Of a stretch of 64,000 nucleotides of DNA, positions 13,343-28,534 are shown in pieces. The stretch is taken from assembly GCA_964016885.1 (NCBI GenBank), contig OZ024740.1, positions 73,346,001 to 73,410,000 of the forward strand, read 5' to 3'. Position 1 is the stretch's first letter, and the number at the start of each line of letters is the position of its first letter. The notes below the pieces were generated by a model. The model was given only the letters and a program-made list of their open reading frames with translations. It searched no databases and was not told the DNA's origin. The stretch is from Eledone cirrhosa (Eukaryota). Position numbers and translations under genes: made by a program.

Positions 13343-13510
13343 GCACAGAAAAGTTCATAGGTTGACTATGAAGGATTGATGCTAGGGCTGTGAAATCTTG
13401 CCTGCATTAATTTCAAATCCACTCAATAAATGCATTGTTTCTTTTCAGAGACTATGCTGAAGAATAAACTTCATTTGGTAATTCCATGAACTTTTCAGCC
13501 GACTCTCGTA
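13335..13510. mobile_element. Tc1/mariner-type MITE remnant
   Basis: Ends gaggggtgcacagaaaagttc and (reverse complement) tacgagagtcggctgaaaagttc resemble mariner TIRs. Confidence 0.6.
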
Positions 13511-13517
13511 CACCCCT

Positions 13518-13518
<1 letters not shown>

Positions 13519-13596
<78 letters not shown>

Positions 13597-13644
13597 CATA
13601 CATACATGCATATATATATATATATACATACATACATACATGCA

Positions 13645-13704
<60 letters not shown>

Positions 13705-13771
13705 CATACATACATACATGCATGCATATATATATATATATATATATACATACATACATACATACATGCAA

Positions 13772-13808
<37 letters not shown>

Positions 13809-13950
13809 CATACATACATACATGCATATATATATATATATATATATATATGCATGTATGTATGCATGTATGTATGTATGTATATATATATATATATATA
13901 TGCATGTATGTATGTATGTATGTATATATATATATATGCATGCATGTATG

Positions 13951-14002
<52 letters not shown>
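13519..14002. repeat. Compound (TA)/(TACA)/(TGTA) microsatellite, roughly self-complementary
   Basis: Direct sequence. Confidence 0.95.
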
Positions 14003-14007
<5 letters not shown>

Positions 14008-14279
14008 CCATACAAACATTCACATTCTCTGCTCTGCTCGATCTTGTCCTCTCCTCTTCAACCATTAATACCATTAATATTTACTCATCAAGAATTCACT
14101 TTAATTTCATTTTATTGATTTAATCACTAATTCTTCTATTTTCCATTAATACCGTAATTGGTGCTGATCACTTCCTCGGAAATTGATAGATCATATAATC
14201 GATGACACTTCAGCTGTATTAACATTTCCAACAGTCTATTCCACTAATCACTTACTTTCCAGCGGCCTTAAATACAGGA

Positions 14280-14630
14280 CGTGGGCGCAATATGACTGAA
14301 TGGTTAAGACGTTAGCTTCACAATCATAAAGTCAGGGTTTCGATCTCACTACATTGTATCTCGGGGAGCGGTCATTTACCATAGCTTTGGGGCCACCCAG
14401 GCTTTCTGGTTCAAATTTAGGGAGCGGAAACTGTTTGGAAGCCCGTCTGATGGATTGCAATTCGGAAGTTCCAGTCATGTCACACAGTGTGTCATGCTGA
14501 ATCTCCCTGAGAATTACGTTAAGGTTACACGTGTATCTGAAATCCTCAGTTACTTATTCGTAAGTAAATTTCACAGGCAGACTGGTCCGGTGTTCGAACA
14601 ACTGAAACTCTCCTCGTCGAAACCAACTGA
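14280..14630 (+). mobile_element. tRNA-derived SINE (degenerate); related 3' segment at ~33335-33515 minus
   Basis: A-box-like tgactgaatggttaag, B-box-like gtttcgatctc, ggaaactg..gaagcccgtc body. Confidence 0.6.
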
Positions 14631-14747
14631 GGTCCCTTCCATTTCTTGTATGTATGTATGTATGCATGAATGCATTTGTATAAGTGTTTATGTGTGTATA
14701 TTCATGTATGAATACCCCCCTCTCTCTCTATATATATATATATACAC

Positions 14748-15039
14748 TGAGGATGAAAAACTCAGAGCTGTATGGGAGCCTCCTAAAAGTCAGCTCAAAG
14801 GTGACACAGAGGAGACTGAGGTTAGCTGGACATGCTCACCGACATTCAGAGTTGACATTGCACTCAGTGCTCCTGTGGGAGACCCTACATGGACATACTG
14901 GAAGAGGAAGACCAAGGTTAACGTATGTTGATGCCCTAAGGACAGACACTGGTCTGTTGGAGACGCAGGATATGGCAGCGATAATGAGGGACAGAGAACG
15001 CTGGAGAGAACTCGTCCATGGATCTCGGGAATTTTACCC

Positions 15040-15047
<8 letters not shown>
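14748..15047 (+). mobile_element. 3' end of an RTE-group LINE inserted in (TA)n
   Basis: ELYG..RRLRLAGHAHRH..VLLWE..GRGRPRLTYVDAL..DRERWR. Confidence 0.8.
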
Positions 15048-15124
<77 letters not shown>

Positions 15125-15344
15125 GAGAGGTATAGAGATTGTTTTAGCAAGAAGCTAACGGCATTCTATAACATATATGCGACTATAACGTCAAGATGGG
15201 AAAAGTAGTTAACGAAAGATTTAGGAAAAATAACTCAAACTCATCTCAAAAGAGAATCAGGATATAAATTCATCCACAGAATTTAGTAAAATCCAGGGAA
15301 AATCTATAGACCTTTAACTCATGATAAAATAAAGTTTGAAACAC

Positions 15345-15422
<78 letters not shown>

Positions 15423-15630
15423 GTACCTAATTATGTATGGTTAACTATATGTCTAGTCAATTTCTACAGGTAAATTTTATGTAGCTATAAGTCGCTATCT
15501 ATTGTTTCTTCATAAGTACATTTTAAACTTATAGCCTGGTTTAAATGATTTTTTGTGTGGTTGTTTTATGCTGTTTGGGAGAAGAAATACTGTATATATT
15601 TTATCTAATGATTCTATGGACTTACTTTTT

Positions 15631-15690
<60 letters not shown>

Positions 15691-15804
15691 ATTCCAGTTC
15701 CTCAGAGGAATAACAATGCAACCAGGAGCTGGACGTATCAATGTATCGACGGAGTAAAACACACTTCAACAACATGTGACCCTGTCTTTCCCACACCAAT
15801 TCGG

Positions 15805-15859
15805 ACTGCCTGAAGAGGTCACAGCCAATGATGGCTGTCACCGAAATAAATATACCAGT
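15805..15859 (+). ncRNA. Type I hammerhead ribozyme motif
   Basis: ACTGc-CTGAAGA-GGTcACAGCCA atga TGGCTGTcACC-GAAA-TAAATA-TA-cCAGT; cassette ~15690-15915 lies between TA tracts. Confidence 0.8.
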
Positions 15860-15910
15860 ATATCTATAATTTATAATAAACGAAGCCAAATTTTACATAT
15901 TTGACTTAAT

Positions 15911-15949
<39 letters not shown>

Positions 15950-16105
15950 CAGTGGTAAACGTTTGGTAGAAATATACAAAGGTAAGGGCACTCAGTCCAT
16001 AGGACGAGTTTAGTATAAATATTTACAGCAATGACATATACAGGTACTTAAATTTTGTTGGGTTCGAGACCCCACCAGAACCCAACGAAACTTAAATCAC
16101 TGTCG

Positions 16106-16228
<123 letters not shown>

Positions 16229-16265
16229 CTTCCCGCTCTTTCTCTTTTTCTCTATCTCTTTCTCT

Positions 16266-16297
<32 letters not shown>

Positions 16298-16308
16298 ACT
16301 CTCTCTCA

Positions 16309-16356
<48 letters not shown>

Positions 16357-16465
16357 CATCATCATCATCATCATCATCGTTTAACGTCCATCTTCCACGC
16401 TAGCATGGGTTAGAAGGTTTTGTTCCATTTGATGCGGAAATGGTCGGGAGACCGTGTCTCGCTCG
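16357..16465 (-). mobile_element. RTE-type LINE/SINE 3' tail with (GAT)n; further copies ~29075-29360, 46800-46930, 59625-59770, 60140-60190
   Basis: catcatcat..ttaacgtcc..ttccacgctagcatgggttag motif recurs. Confidence 0.65.
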
Positions 16466-17079
16466 TACGTATATATGTATAAAGAGAGAGACGGGGGGAG
16501 AAGAGAAAAGATAAAGAGGGGAGGAGAGAAAGGAAGAGAGAAGCGTGGGTGGAGGAGGAGGAAGAAGAAAAAGAGGAAAAGAGAGAAAAAGGAGGAAAAG
16601 GAGACGAGAGAGAGAGAGAAAGCGTGTGGGGGGGGACATGAAGAGAAAAAGAAAGATATAGAGATAGATGAATAAAATAAAGAATTAGAGGGTAAGCCTA
16701 AGAAAGAGATGAAGTGATTAGAGGGAGATAGAATGACGTAAAAAAAAGATCGTGGGGGCGGGGATTCAAATGAATTGTAGAAGAAGGGAGGAACTATAAG
16801 AAAGAAGGGTCGGGAAAAGTATTTGGTGGAAAGGAATAGAGGGGTGTAAAGTGGTGAGAGTGTCACAAAAATGTATGTTTTGTACATAAATATTGTTGTG
16901 TATGTGTGGCAGGGGTAGAGTTAGGGTTAGGGTTAGGGTTAGCTGGAGGCAATGGAAAGGAAAGTTTTCTTCTTTCGTTATAAACGATTCCACGGCTGAC
17001 AAAAGAAACGGCTCCAATGGGACAAATTAGATATAATGAAATACCAATTATATTTTTAAAAGGCTTTCCCCCAAATCTC

Positions 17080-17136
<57 letters not shown>

Positions 17137-17188
17137 GGTGGTGGTGGTGGTGGTGGTGGTGGTGGTATTGGTGGTAGTAGTAGTAGTG

Positions 17189-17234
<46 letters not shown>

Positions 17235-17257
17235 CGGTGGTGGTGGTGGTGGTGGTG

Positions 17258-17301
<44 letters not shown>

Positions 17302-17371
17302 GGTGGTGGTGGTGGTGGTGGTGGTGGTGGTGGTGGTGGTGGTGGTAGTAGTAATAGTAGTAGTAGTAGTA

Positions 17372-17410
<39 letters not shown>

Positions 17411-17478
17411 TTGGCGGTGGTGGTGGTGGTGGTGGTGGTGGTAGTAGTAGGTAGTAGAAGTAGTAGTTGTAGTAGTGG
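17080..17478. repeat. Compound (AGT)n/(GGT)n microsatellite
   Basis: Direct sequence. Confidence 0.97.
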
Positions 17479-18156
17479 TAACAATAATATAAATTAGCAT
17501 ATTTCGGCTATTGGAAATTAGCGAAAAAACAATTTCCGAGATGTGTGACAAGCGCTCCATAGAAGCTAGTGAACTAGAGTTACAACATAAGTTAAAAGGC
17601 CAAACACACTGAGACGATGGTTAAACCATTATTCGCGCAGCCATAGAAACGACCAAGTAATTCGGGTCAAACAAATAAAATATGATTGAAAATTATACCC
17701 GGACCCCTGGAAGGTTGGTAAAATCCAGCATTTGGGTTTCTGCAACTCCTAAATCAAGTACTGTCTGATTAGACAAATAATGTTAAGCTTTTGGTAAGAC
17801 GATCGAACAAGGAAGTCATTTTCTCAACAGGCTTTTAGTTCAAGTGCCAAGCGAAGAACTGACCGTTATCAAAACCCACGTGGGGCTCGACAAGGGGGGG
17901 GGGGCAACCCTTAGTTTTGGCGGATGAATATATATATATACATATAACAAAGGAATCGTGGTAAGGAACCAGATGGACCATGACGCACCAGAGTACTCAA
18001 TACTTAGGGTAGTAGAGTGGGAAATAGCAAAAAGTATGACCCCGACGGCAGAGATCAAGCCGTTTCGACGGCTATTTCTGGAGTCCAGAAATAGTCGTCG
18101 ATACGGCTTGAGCTCTGCTGTCGGGGTCATACTTTTTCCTACATATATATATATAT

Positions 18157-18886
18157 GATAAAATGGGGAGAAAAATACTGCTGGTAGCACATGGATAACA
18201 TGTAATAAAATAAGTCCCTCATCAGTGATTTGCCGACGATCATAGATATTTCATTGCATTAAAAATCATATACCTCACGTCGGTGCAATAATAACTAAAT
18301 TAAGTTATTAGGACAATTAAAACGCGTAAAGCGAGTGAAACAGGAAAACAACAAAGAGTAGAGCTAACCGTAGAGGAAGGAAACAAGCTTCATAGTTTTT
18401 CTGTTAGCATAAGCGATGTGAATATATGAGCGCTTAGAAAAAAGACCTTTCGCGAACGAATGCAATGTAAGAAAGAGAGAAATTGCTTTCGTTGCGAACG
18501 GGGTGAAGTGAGGAGAGGAGAAACAGTGAGTGAGTGAGTGGAAGTGTGAGGAAGAGTTAACTGACATGACAGAGGGGGCGAAAGAAAGTAGGAGAAACAG
18601 AGAGAATGAGGGAGCAGTAAGAGAGAGAGAGAGAGAAAAAACAGAATCGCAGTTTAGGTAAATATATGTGATAAAATGGGGAGAAAAATACTGGTGGTAG
18701 CACATGGATAACATGTAATAAAATAAGTCCCTCATCAGTGATTTGCCGACGATTATAGATATTTCATTGCATTAAAAATCATATACCTCACGTCGGTGCA
18801 ATAATAACTAAATTAAGTTATTAGGACAATTAAAACGCGTAAGCGAGTGAAACAGGAAAACAACAAAGAGTAGAGCTAACCGTAGA

Positions 18887-18889
<3 letters not shown>
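18157..18889 (-). mobile_element. 1.4-mer of a ~512-nt non-coding unit containing CTGATGAGGGAC (HHR 5' half); related copy ~26845-27165
   Basis: 18157-18378 is repeated at 18670-18889; TA tracts on both sides. Confidence 0.7.
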
Positions 18890-18932
<43 letters not shown>

Positions 18933-18954
18933 GTATATATATATATATATATAC

Positions 18955-19074
<120 letters not shown>

Positions 19075-19351
19075 TATATACATATATACCCAGCCACCCA
19101 CACTCTCAAGAGCGTGAAACTAATAAACCTTTGTTCGTACTGCCTCTATTTTGTTCCCATTCCATTTTTCACTATATATATATATATACACACAGTTCAA
19201 GAGTAACCAATCTTAAAGAGAGAGATGGAGATAGGAGAGGAGAAGAGAGATTGGTGAATTAGTTAGAAGCAAAAGCTTATATATATATATATATTTCGTT
19301 TCTGAATTTGTTTAGCAAGATTCTTTATCTGAAAACGTGTGTTGAAACCGA

Positions 19352-20085
19352 TATTGTTATACTTTCGAGAGGGTCATGTTGCTAATAAGAAACACACGCA
19401 CCAGTTGCTTTGACTTCAATTTATTATAATAAATTTATAAATTTAGGAATTTATAAATTTACGGTTGGTTGGTTGGTTGGTTCCACAACCAGATGGTTGT
19501 TTATATATTGTCAAAGTTCTTTCGTCACACATTCTGTGACCTCTTCAGTGACTGGGGATTCTTTTCTTTGTTTTTTGTGCCTCTCCTTTGTTCTGTCCTA
19601 CGCCATCTTGTTTTTGTGTGTGTGTTGTGTGCTTAGTTTGCGCATGTATTACATCCGGGTGTCTGTGTGTGTTTATATTCGTTTATTTATTTGTTTATTT
19701 ACATGTTACTGGTTGGTTGTTTGTTCTATGTGCGTGTGTGTTTTCATTTTGTCCTTAATTGTAAGTTGTGATGTTGCTGTTCCACTCATGTTTTCTATTT
19801 AATTTTGGTTGTAATTCATTTATGTTTTTTATTGCCTCTGTGATTTGTCTAAACATTGCGTCTTTTCTGTGTGTAGATTCTATTTTTATTTCTATGTTCT
19901 CTAATTTACCCTTATGTTCTATTTTAGCATGTTGGTAGAGTACAGATGATTCTTTACTATCTTGAAGGTCTCGCCAGTGTTCATTTATCCGTTCCCCTAT
20001 ACTACGAGCTGTCTCACCTATGTACACTATATTTTTATCTCTACATTTTCCTTCAGTACATCTTATGATATATACTACATTTCTA

Positions 20086-20086
<1 letters not shown>
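19352..20086 (-). mobile_element. Penelope-like element 3' fragment: GIY-YIG endonuclease C-terminus, HHR and tail
   Basis: YIGETARSIGERINEH...RQITEAI..ELQPKLNRKHEW; HHR at 19510-19552. Confidence 0.88.
19510..19552 (-). ncRNA. Type I hammerhead ribozyme (inverted copy of 22426-22468)
   Basis: Reverse complement reads GTCA-CTGAAGA-G-GTCACA gaatg TGTGAC-GAAA-GAAC-TT-TGAC. Confidence 0.8.
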
Positions 20087-21321
<1,235 letters not shown>

Positions 21322-22610
21322 TGCTGTGGAGAAATGCGTAGAAATGATCAGTCAGAGCAATGTTGAATTCCGTGGGATTGATACCAGTGAGCTGGGACTC
21401 CTACTTAAACTTACCTATAGTAATAATTATCTAGACACATATGACCTTAGCAACCTGTTCCCTACAAGACCAGCAAGAGGCAGACCACCTACCATTACCT
21501 AAATGGCCAAGAAAACCCACACAGATAGATGGAACGGGTGGACCAGAGCCATACGGACACCCGAAAACCACGATGAACTGAAGAAAATGATTGCACATGC
21601 GGTAGGGGCCAAATGGGAAAAAATGGTAAATAATGACACAAATGGGACCTGCCCCTTGTATAGGAGCAAATTTTGGAATAGAATAGAAAGAACTAGGAAT
21701 AAGGCTAATAGAATAAACTCATGGTATTATAGCAATAAATACCAGTGTAATGTTCATCGATACAACCCCTAGAGGTGAATTAACTTACAAATTTAGAAGG
21801 GCCCTAGATAAACATAAACTCAATATTAAGATAGTAGAAAGACCAGGTACCTCCATAAAAACACTTATTAGCAAGACATACCCTATTCAAAGACCTCCCT
21901 GTATAGATAAGAAATGTATAATCTGTAAATTAAGCCCCCATATTAACTGTAAAACTAGAAATGTAGTATATAGCATAAGATGTACTGAAGGACAATGTAG
22001 AGATAAAAATATAGTGTAAATAGGTGAGACAGCTCGTAGTATACGATAGTAAAGAATCATCTGTACTCTACCAACATGCTAAAATAGAACATAAGGGTAA
22101 ATTAGAGAACATAGAAAAGACGCAATGTTTAGACAAATCACAGAGGCAATAAACATAAAAGAATTACAACCAAAATTAAATAGAAAACATGAGTGGAACA
22201 GCAACATCACAACTTACAATTAAGGACAAAACGAAAACACACACGCACATAGAACAAACAACCAACCAGTAACATGTAAATAAACAAATAAATAAACGAA
22301 TATAAACACACACAGACACCCGGATGTAACACATGCGCAAACTAAGCACACAACACACACACAAAAACAAGATGGCGTAGGACAGAACAAAGGAGAGGCA
22401 CAAAAAACAAAGAAAAGAATCCCCAGTCACTGAAGAGGTCACAGAATGTGTGACGAAAGAACTTTGACAATATATAAACAACCATCTGGTTGTGGAACCA
22501 ACCAACCGTAAATTTATAAATTTCTAAATTTATAAATTTATTATAATAAATTGAAGTCAAAGCAACTGGTGTGTGTGTTTCTTATTAGCAACATGACTCT
22601 CCCAAAGTAT

Positions 22611-22618
<8 letters not shown>
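21322..22618 (+). mobile_element. Internally deleted Penelope-like element (RT-flank remnants, Cys-rich linker, GIY-YIG, HHR, tail)
   Basis: PLYRSKFWNR..MFIDTTPRGEL..IKIVERPG..CIDKKCIIC..CKTRNVVYSIRC..(Y)IGETARS. Confidence 0.85.
22426..22468 (+). ncRNA. Type I hammerhead ribozyme in the PLE 3' repeat; degenerate relative at ~44587-44630 minus
   Basis: GTCA-CTGAAGA-G-GTCACA gaatg TGTGAC-GAAA-GAAC-TT-TGAC, sense to GIY-YIG and ~200 nt after its stop. Confidence 0.82.
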
Positions 22619-22675
<57 letters not shown>

Positions 22676-22678
22676 TAT

Positions 22679-22742
<64 letters not shown>

Positions 22743-22921
22743 CAGTAAATAAAGGATTATGGGTTCATACAATTGACTTATTTTTCGTCACTATATATAT
22801 ATATATATATATATAAAGAAAAAAAGATGAAATCGAAAATGCAACTGGAGTCTTATTTTTTTTAAAATATACATATTTATTTGGATGTGAGAAAAACCAC
22901 AAACCCTCCATCTCAACTCTA

Positions 22922-22957
22922 CTTTTGAAAAGCAGAAGAACTGCGAAACCGGTAAAG
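22922..22957 (+). ncRNA. Variant-core minimal hammerhead (mirror at ~20909-20945 minus) inside a small palindromic cassette 22815-23030
   Basis: CTT-TTGAAAA-GCAG aagaa CTGC-GAAA-CCGG-TA-AAG. Confidence 0.6.
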
Positions 22958-23088
22958 GAGCCAAATAAATATATATATTTTTTTAAAAATAAGACTCCAG
23001 TTGCATTTTCGATTTCATCTTTTTTTCTTTATACTTTCACTCGTGTAGGACACCTCGGTTATTTTTCATTTTGTAAAAAAACCCTCAC

Positions 23089-23194
<106 letters not shown>

Positions 23195-23629
23195 TATATA
23201 ACAAAGAAAGCGTGGTAAGATACCAGGTGGACCATATCGCACCAGACTACTCGATACACTCGAAATAGCCGGAGCTCAGCCGTCGGGGTCCTGACTCTTT
23301 TCCTACATGCTATAATATATATATATATAATATGTATATACTAATATCTCACGACTCACAAACTCTTTTCTTTTACTAACTCTCTCACCCTCACTCTCTA
23401 AATATTCTTTTCCCTTCCCACCCAGTTAAGAGACCTGCTTTTTTCGCGAAGAAGTTTTTTCCGTTTTTACCCTTGGTCACTTTCTCCTATCTTTCTATTT
23501 CTTCTTTAATTTCTCATTCTATTTTATGCTAAAGGACTTGCGTCTGAAACATTAAGACTCTTTTCCTACTATATTAAGCGTGAAACTAATATATATCTTT
23601 ATCGCCACACACACACACACACGTATATA

Positions 23630-24000
23630 CACAACCACCACCTTCAGCCCTCCCCGCTCGGACATCCCGCCTCACTCTCCCCACTCCACCCGCCACCACC
23701 CCTACACGCCCCACATTCTTCCACCACTTGTTTATCTTCATGTTTATTTTTATTTTTATTTGTACCCCTTCCACCGTTTTCCTCCCTTTACTCCCCCTTT
23801 TTTTTCTATATGTCTCTCCACCACTCCCCCACACACCCTCGGAACTCTCTTCCCACCCACCTTTCGCCTGAAGAAGGGCTTATGCCCGAAATGCCGTCAC
23901 CCCCCACCCCCCACCCCACACACACACTATCAAGAGCGTGAAACTAATAAACCTTTGTTTGTACTGCCTCTCTGTTTTGTTCCCGTTCCATTTTTCACTA
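23630..24000 (+). mobile_element. Solo 3' repeat of the second PLE family (matches 30700-31120); HHR at 23868-23898
   Basis: CTGAAGA-A-GGGC ttat GCCC-GAAA-TGCCG-TC; tail agagcgtgaaactaataaacc also at ~19105-19172. Confidence 0.8.
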
Positions 24001-24001
24001 T

Positions 24002-24039
<38 letters not shown>

Positions 24040-24859
24040 TCGGGGACACACACACAGATACATATATATATATATGACAATTATTGTTATTATTATTATT
24101 GCTTTTTAATTTAGGCACAAGGTCAACGATTTGGTGCGTAGCAACATCGATTTAATCGACCCAGTACTTGACTGGTACTTCCCCAAATCTCTGACCATGT
24201 GCCTAAATAAGAAACCATTATTGCATTCCAGCAAATTTGTTGAAAGGTAAATGAAAGTACCGACATTGGTCTTAGTTATTTGGGCCTATTCTGAATATAT
24301 ACCTGTAGCATTTTTTTTTTCATGTATTTAACCCTTTTGTGTCTATATTTCAGATGATTTACTGTATTCGGATGTTTGGGTTAATTTTTAAAATAAAAAA
24401 TTCTGTGGGGTACCATCTGACATTATCAACAAAAGATTCTTCCATAAAACTATGATGGAAGATTAAATTTAAATCTATGTACATTTTAATATGAGACTTG
24501 TGTGATGGAACCATTAACACCCTCAAGCGGGTTGGTATTGAAAAGTCAAGGGACTGTGTTACACCAAAGAAAAGGTATCTCGGATTGAGATTACGCTGAT
24601 TTCTAGACTGCAAATTTGGGGTTATATCGACTCTAGTGCTTATGTTATCGACCTTGGAAGGATATAAAGCATAGTTGGTGTTTGGCGGGATTTGACCTAA
24701 GACAGCACACAAGGTAAAACTAAATTGCACATTTTGTTTGATGATCTACCGATTCTGTCAATCCATCAACAAATTCGGCCTCGACGAGATTTAATGAAAT
24801 ACTGCAAAACATTCTGTTCGGCGTTCTATCGACTTTGCCAATAATAATTATAATATTGT

Positions 24860-25040
24860 TTCTACTTTGGGCACAAGGCCAGCAATTATCCCAGAACATT
24901 ACTGGTGCTTTATTTTATCGACCCCGAAAGGATGAAAGGCAAAGTTAACCTCGGCGAGAATTTAACTCAGACCGTAAAGGGTCGTAACTCTATGCTGCTA
25001 AGCATGGCGCCCGATCCTCTACTGATACTGCCAACCCACC
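24860..25040 (-). mobile_element. Abundant tRNA-derived SINE (Octopus-type); copies also ~25430-25625, 26270-26375, 32505-32690, 33140-33300, 39780-39920(+), 46410-46565, 57005-57210, 58690-58835, 62550-62730(+), 63300-63380(+), 63745-63897
   Basis: Recurrent tggtactttattttatcgaccccg.aaggatgaaaggcaaagttaacctcggcg...tgaactcag; B-box gagttcaaatcc on the sense strand. Confidence 0.85.
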
Positions 25041-25043
25041 ACA

Positions 25044-25408
25044 ATCTTATTTTATGTTGCTAAAAATGTGAAAATAGTTTACCGGAACTGATGTCATCAT
25101 ACGCCCACAAACATTCCACAAACACATGTAACATCACATCCTGTTTTCTATACATGTTCTCTTATTCTTAAAATTTCTTGTTATGAATCTCAACGCTAAG
25201 AAAAAATGTAGAGAAAAGAAAATATAGAAACAAAAATGTAGAGAAAATATTTAGATTTCTAACAGGATATGTTAGAAATAAAAGACCGTGTAGAGAAAAG
25301 AAAATGTGATTTTACGCGTGTTTATGGAATGTGTGTGTGTGTGTATAGTGACGTCAGTTCCGGTAAGTTATTTTCATTTTTTGTTTTTAGCAGCGTAAAA
25401 TAAGATTC
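25044..25408. mobile_element. Degenerate MITE/fold-back element with ~95-bp imperfect TIRs
   Basis: atcttattttatgttgctaaaaa..ttaccggaactgatgtca / tgacgtcagttccggtaa..tttttagcagcgtaaaataagat. Confidence 0.65.
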
Positions 25409-26406
25409 AACTTCATATCGATTTCTAGCATTAGCATAAAGTCACACAGTTTGGAGGAGGACATAGTCGATTAAATCGATTCAAGTATTTAACGTGTCTT
25501 TTATTTTATCGATCTCCGGAGGATTAAATATAAAATCGAACTTGACAGAATTCAAAAATCAGAACGTAAAAAATCGTAACTAAATATAACAAGTTTTGTT
25601 CGATTCTTCATTGATTCTGCCAATAATAATACAGCTACATCAATTTACCGGCAGCTAATGGTCCGGGATCTCTTTTAATCCGGACATAAATATGGATGGA
25701 CACTTGAATATTCTACGGAACTTCCCCCATCCCGCACCCTACTAACTAATTCACGTTAGGACGTTACTGAGTGGTGTTAAATTCAATTTGAAATGTTTTC
25801 GGCCTTCATGTAGTCGAACGGTTGGAATAGGTTATTGGCTTCAAATGTGTTTCTAGTCCAGCAAAACGGATAATCCACGTCGCATTTTGGAACTAAAGAT
25901 GCCACGAAATCGATAGTGTATTTGTCTTCTTCTTCCTCTTCATTGCCGACTTATTCCTGTGAGGCAGAGTCCTCAAGCACGCTTTCCAGCGGGTCCTGTC
26001 AGAAATGACTATCTCTAGTTCATCAGGTTGAATCCCCAAGCAAGACCAGCCGGGATCATGGATGTTATCCAATCATCTTGCTCGACGTATACCCCAAGAG
26101 AGATAGGTACAAAAGCCAAATTCTTTATCTTCAATTTGGTATTTTTGCCAAACCTTATCTATGGTCATGAATACAAGTGGCCGAAATGGAAGTTCTCCAG
26201 AAGGGTCTTCAGTTTATCTATAAAAAAAATAATATTTGTACTAATTCTTTTTAACATACGCACTGGACCAGCAATTTGCGGGAATGGGAAAGTCGAATAT
26301 AATCTACACCAGTACTTGACTGGTACTATATTAATTATCGACTCTGGAAGGATAAAAGGTAAAGTTGACTGCACCGCTACGATTCCATCAGGAGTTACGT
26401 ATCCAT

Positions 26407-26579
<173 letters not shown>

Positions 26580-26776
26580 ATATTTTATCTGAGTGACCCG
26601 AATCTTCCTGGTCGTAATTTTTCGGCCGCATGGGTGATTTTAGACATAATCTTTGTGTGTTGGTATTTTAACGATAGTTATAGCTCTGATTTATCTGAAT
26701 TATTGAGCCCTCTGCCATTCATGTCGAATTTGTTTATCGTAAACTCGTGAGCCGATTTTCCGATACTCGATTATTC

Positions 26777-26849
<73 letters not shown>

Positions 26850-27234
26850 GAGAAGAAGGAGGAATACTGCGTGGTTGCACATGGGTTAGATATTATAAAA
26901 TTAGTCCCTCGTCAGTGATTTGCCAACCATCATTGGTATTTCATCGCATTAAAAATCATATACCTCAGGTTGGTGCGAGCAATAACTAAAAAAAGCTATT
27001 GGGACAAGTGAGTCGCGTAAAGCGAGTGAGACAAGTAAACAACATAGAAGGATAAAAGCAAACCGAAGATAGGAAAAAAAACAAGCAACATGGTTATCGG
27101 GTCAGCATAGGCTGGGTGAATTTCATGAGCGTTCAGAATACAGACCGTCCGACGTGAGTGAGATGTGAGCCCCGACGACTGAGCTCCGGCCGTTTCGACA
27201 GCTATATAGGTTGAACAATTAAAACAAAGGCGAG

Positions 27235-27358
27235 GTTCATTGTTTTACGATCGTTTCAAAAGATTAAATGAACCATAACAATTCAATGTATTGACTAAGC
27301 GATAGCAGTTATGCAACTCCATATATACATCACAAGGTTCTCGTCAGAAACAATGAAC
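27235..27358 (-). ncRNA. Type I hammerhead with 11-bp stem I and expanded stem II
   Basis: Reverse complement: GTTCATTGTTT-CTGACGA-GAACC...GGTTC..TTTT-GAAAC-GATC-GTA-AAACAATGAAC. Confidence 0.75.
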
Positions 27359-27394
27359 TAATCAAGTACTAAACCTCGCCTTCTTTGTTCAACC

Positions 27395-27428
<34 letters not shown>

Positions 27429-27566
27429 AGTACAGAATTAGCCGTCGAAACGGCTTGAGCTCAGCCGTCGGGGTCTTACTTACTCCTATTACCCACTCTA
27501 CTACCCTAAGTATTGAGTACTTTGGTGCGTTATGGTCCACCTGGTTCCTTACCACTTTTCCTTCGC

Positions 27567-27690
<124 letters not shown>

Positions 27691-27724
27691 CGTGTGTGTG
27701 TATATTGCTGAGTCATGTATAGGT

Positions 27725-27794
27725 ATAGGTCTCCGTAACTATGTGTTTACACTCTTTACAAGTTATCCCCTGTCAATGTTTGATATGCTTATTT

Positions 27795-27872
<78 letters not shown>

Positions 27873-28520
27873 AATCGATTTTTTATTTAATGTTAATAAA
27901 TGCTCGCATTTATTGCTTGGAATCTTTGAGCTTATTCTACAGGTGGTATGGTGCATGTTTCTGATATTCTCAGACATGGCATCTTTAATTTAATTTTGCT
28001 AGTATTTACGGCTCCTAAGTATTCTGTTAGTAGAGCTTTTTATGTTGAAAGGATTCGGCTGCTATTTCTAGCTGTCGACAACCCTATTCACGCCACTGGC
28101 TTGACGGCGGGGCGATGTGTATGTTTTAAAACCACATGTATTTTTCGTCGTTATTTCCTGATTTGCTTTTAGTGTGTAATCACAGTTAAATCTCCTCCTT
28201 TACCTATGATCCAAGAATTGACATCTGTGATTCACTGATTAATGGTGAAATATATTTCTTTAATATACAAAGGAGATTAATCATTATTGCAAAGTATCTA
28301 TATTCAGGCTCCGTAATTATGTGTGTTTACAAATTATCCCCTGTAACTGTTTGATATGTTTATTTTATATATATATATGTCAATCGATTCTTAATTTAAT
28401 GTTATTAAATGCTCAGGTTTACAGGTTTATTACTTAGAATCTTTGAGCTTATTCTACAGGTGGTATGGCGCATGTTTCTGATATTCTTAGACATGACATC
28501 TTTAATTTAATTTTGGTAAT
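27725..28520. repeat. Diverged partial tandem duplication (period ~510 nt outside the microsatellite expansion)
   Basis: ctccgtaa.tatgtgt..ttatcccctgt..gtcaatcgatt..agacatg.catctttaatttaattttg occurs twice. Confidence 0.8.
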
Positions 28521-28534
28521 ATATATATATATAT

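Noticed and set aside
16921-16942. Interstitial telomeric TTAGGG repeat
   Set aside because: Only ~3.5 units; expected by chance in such repeat-rich DNA
19325-19356. CTGAAAAcgtgtgttGAAACCGATA as a hammerhead
   Set aside because: Core spacing is off and stem I does not pair
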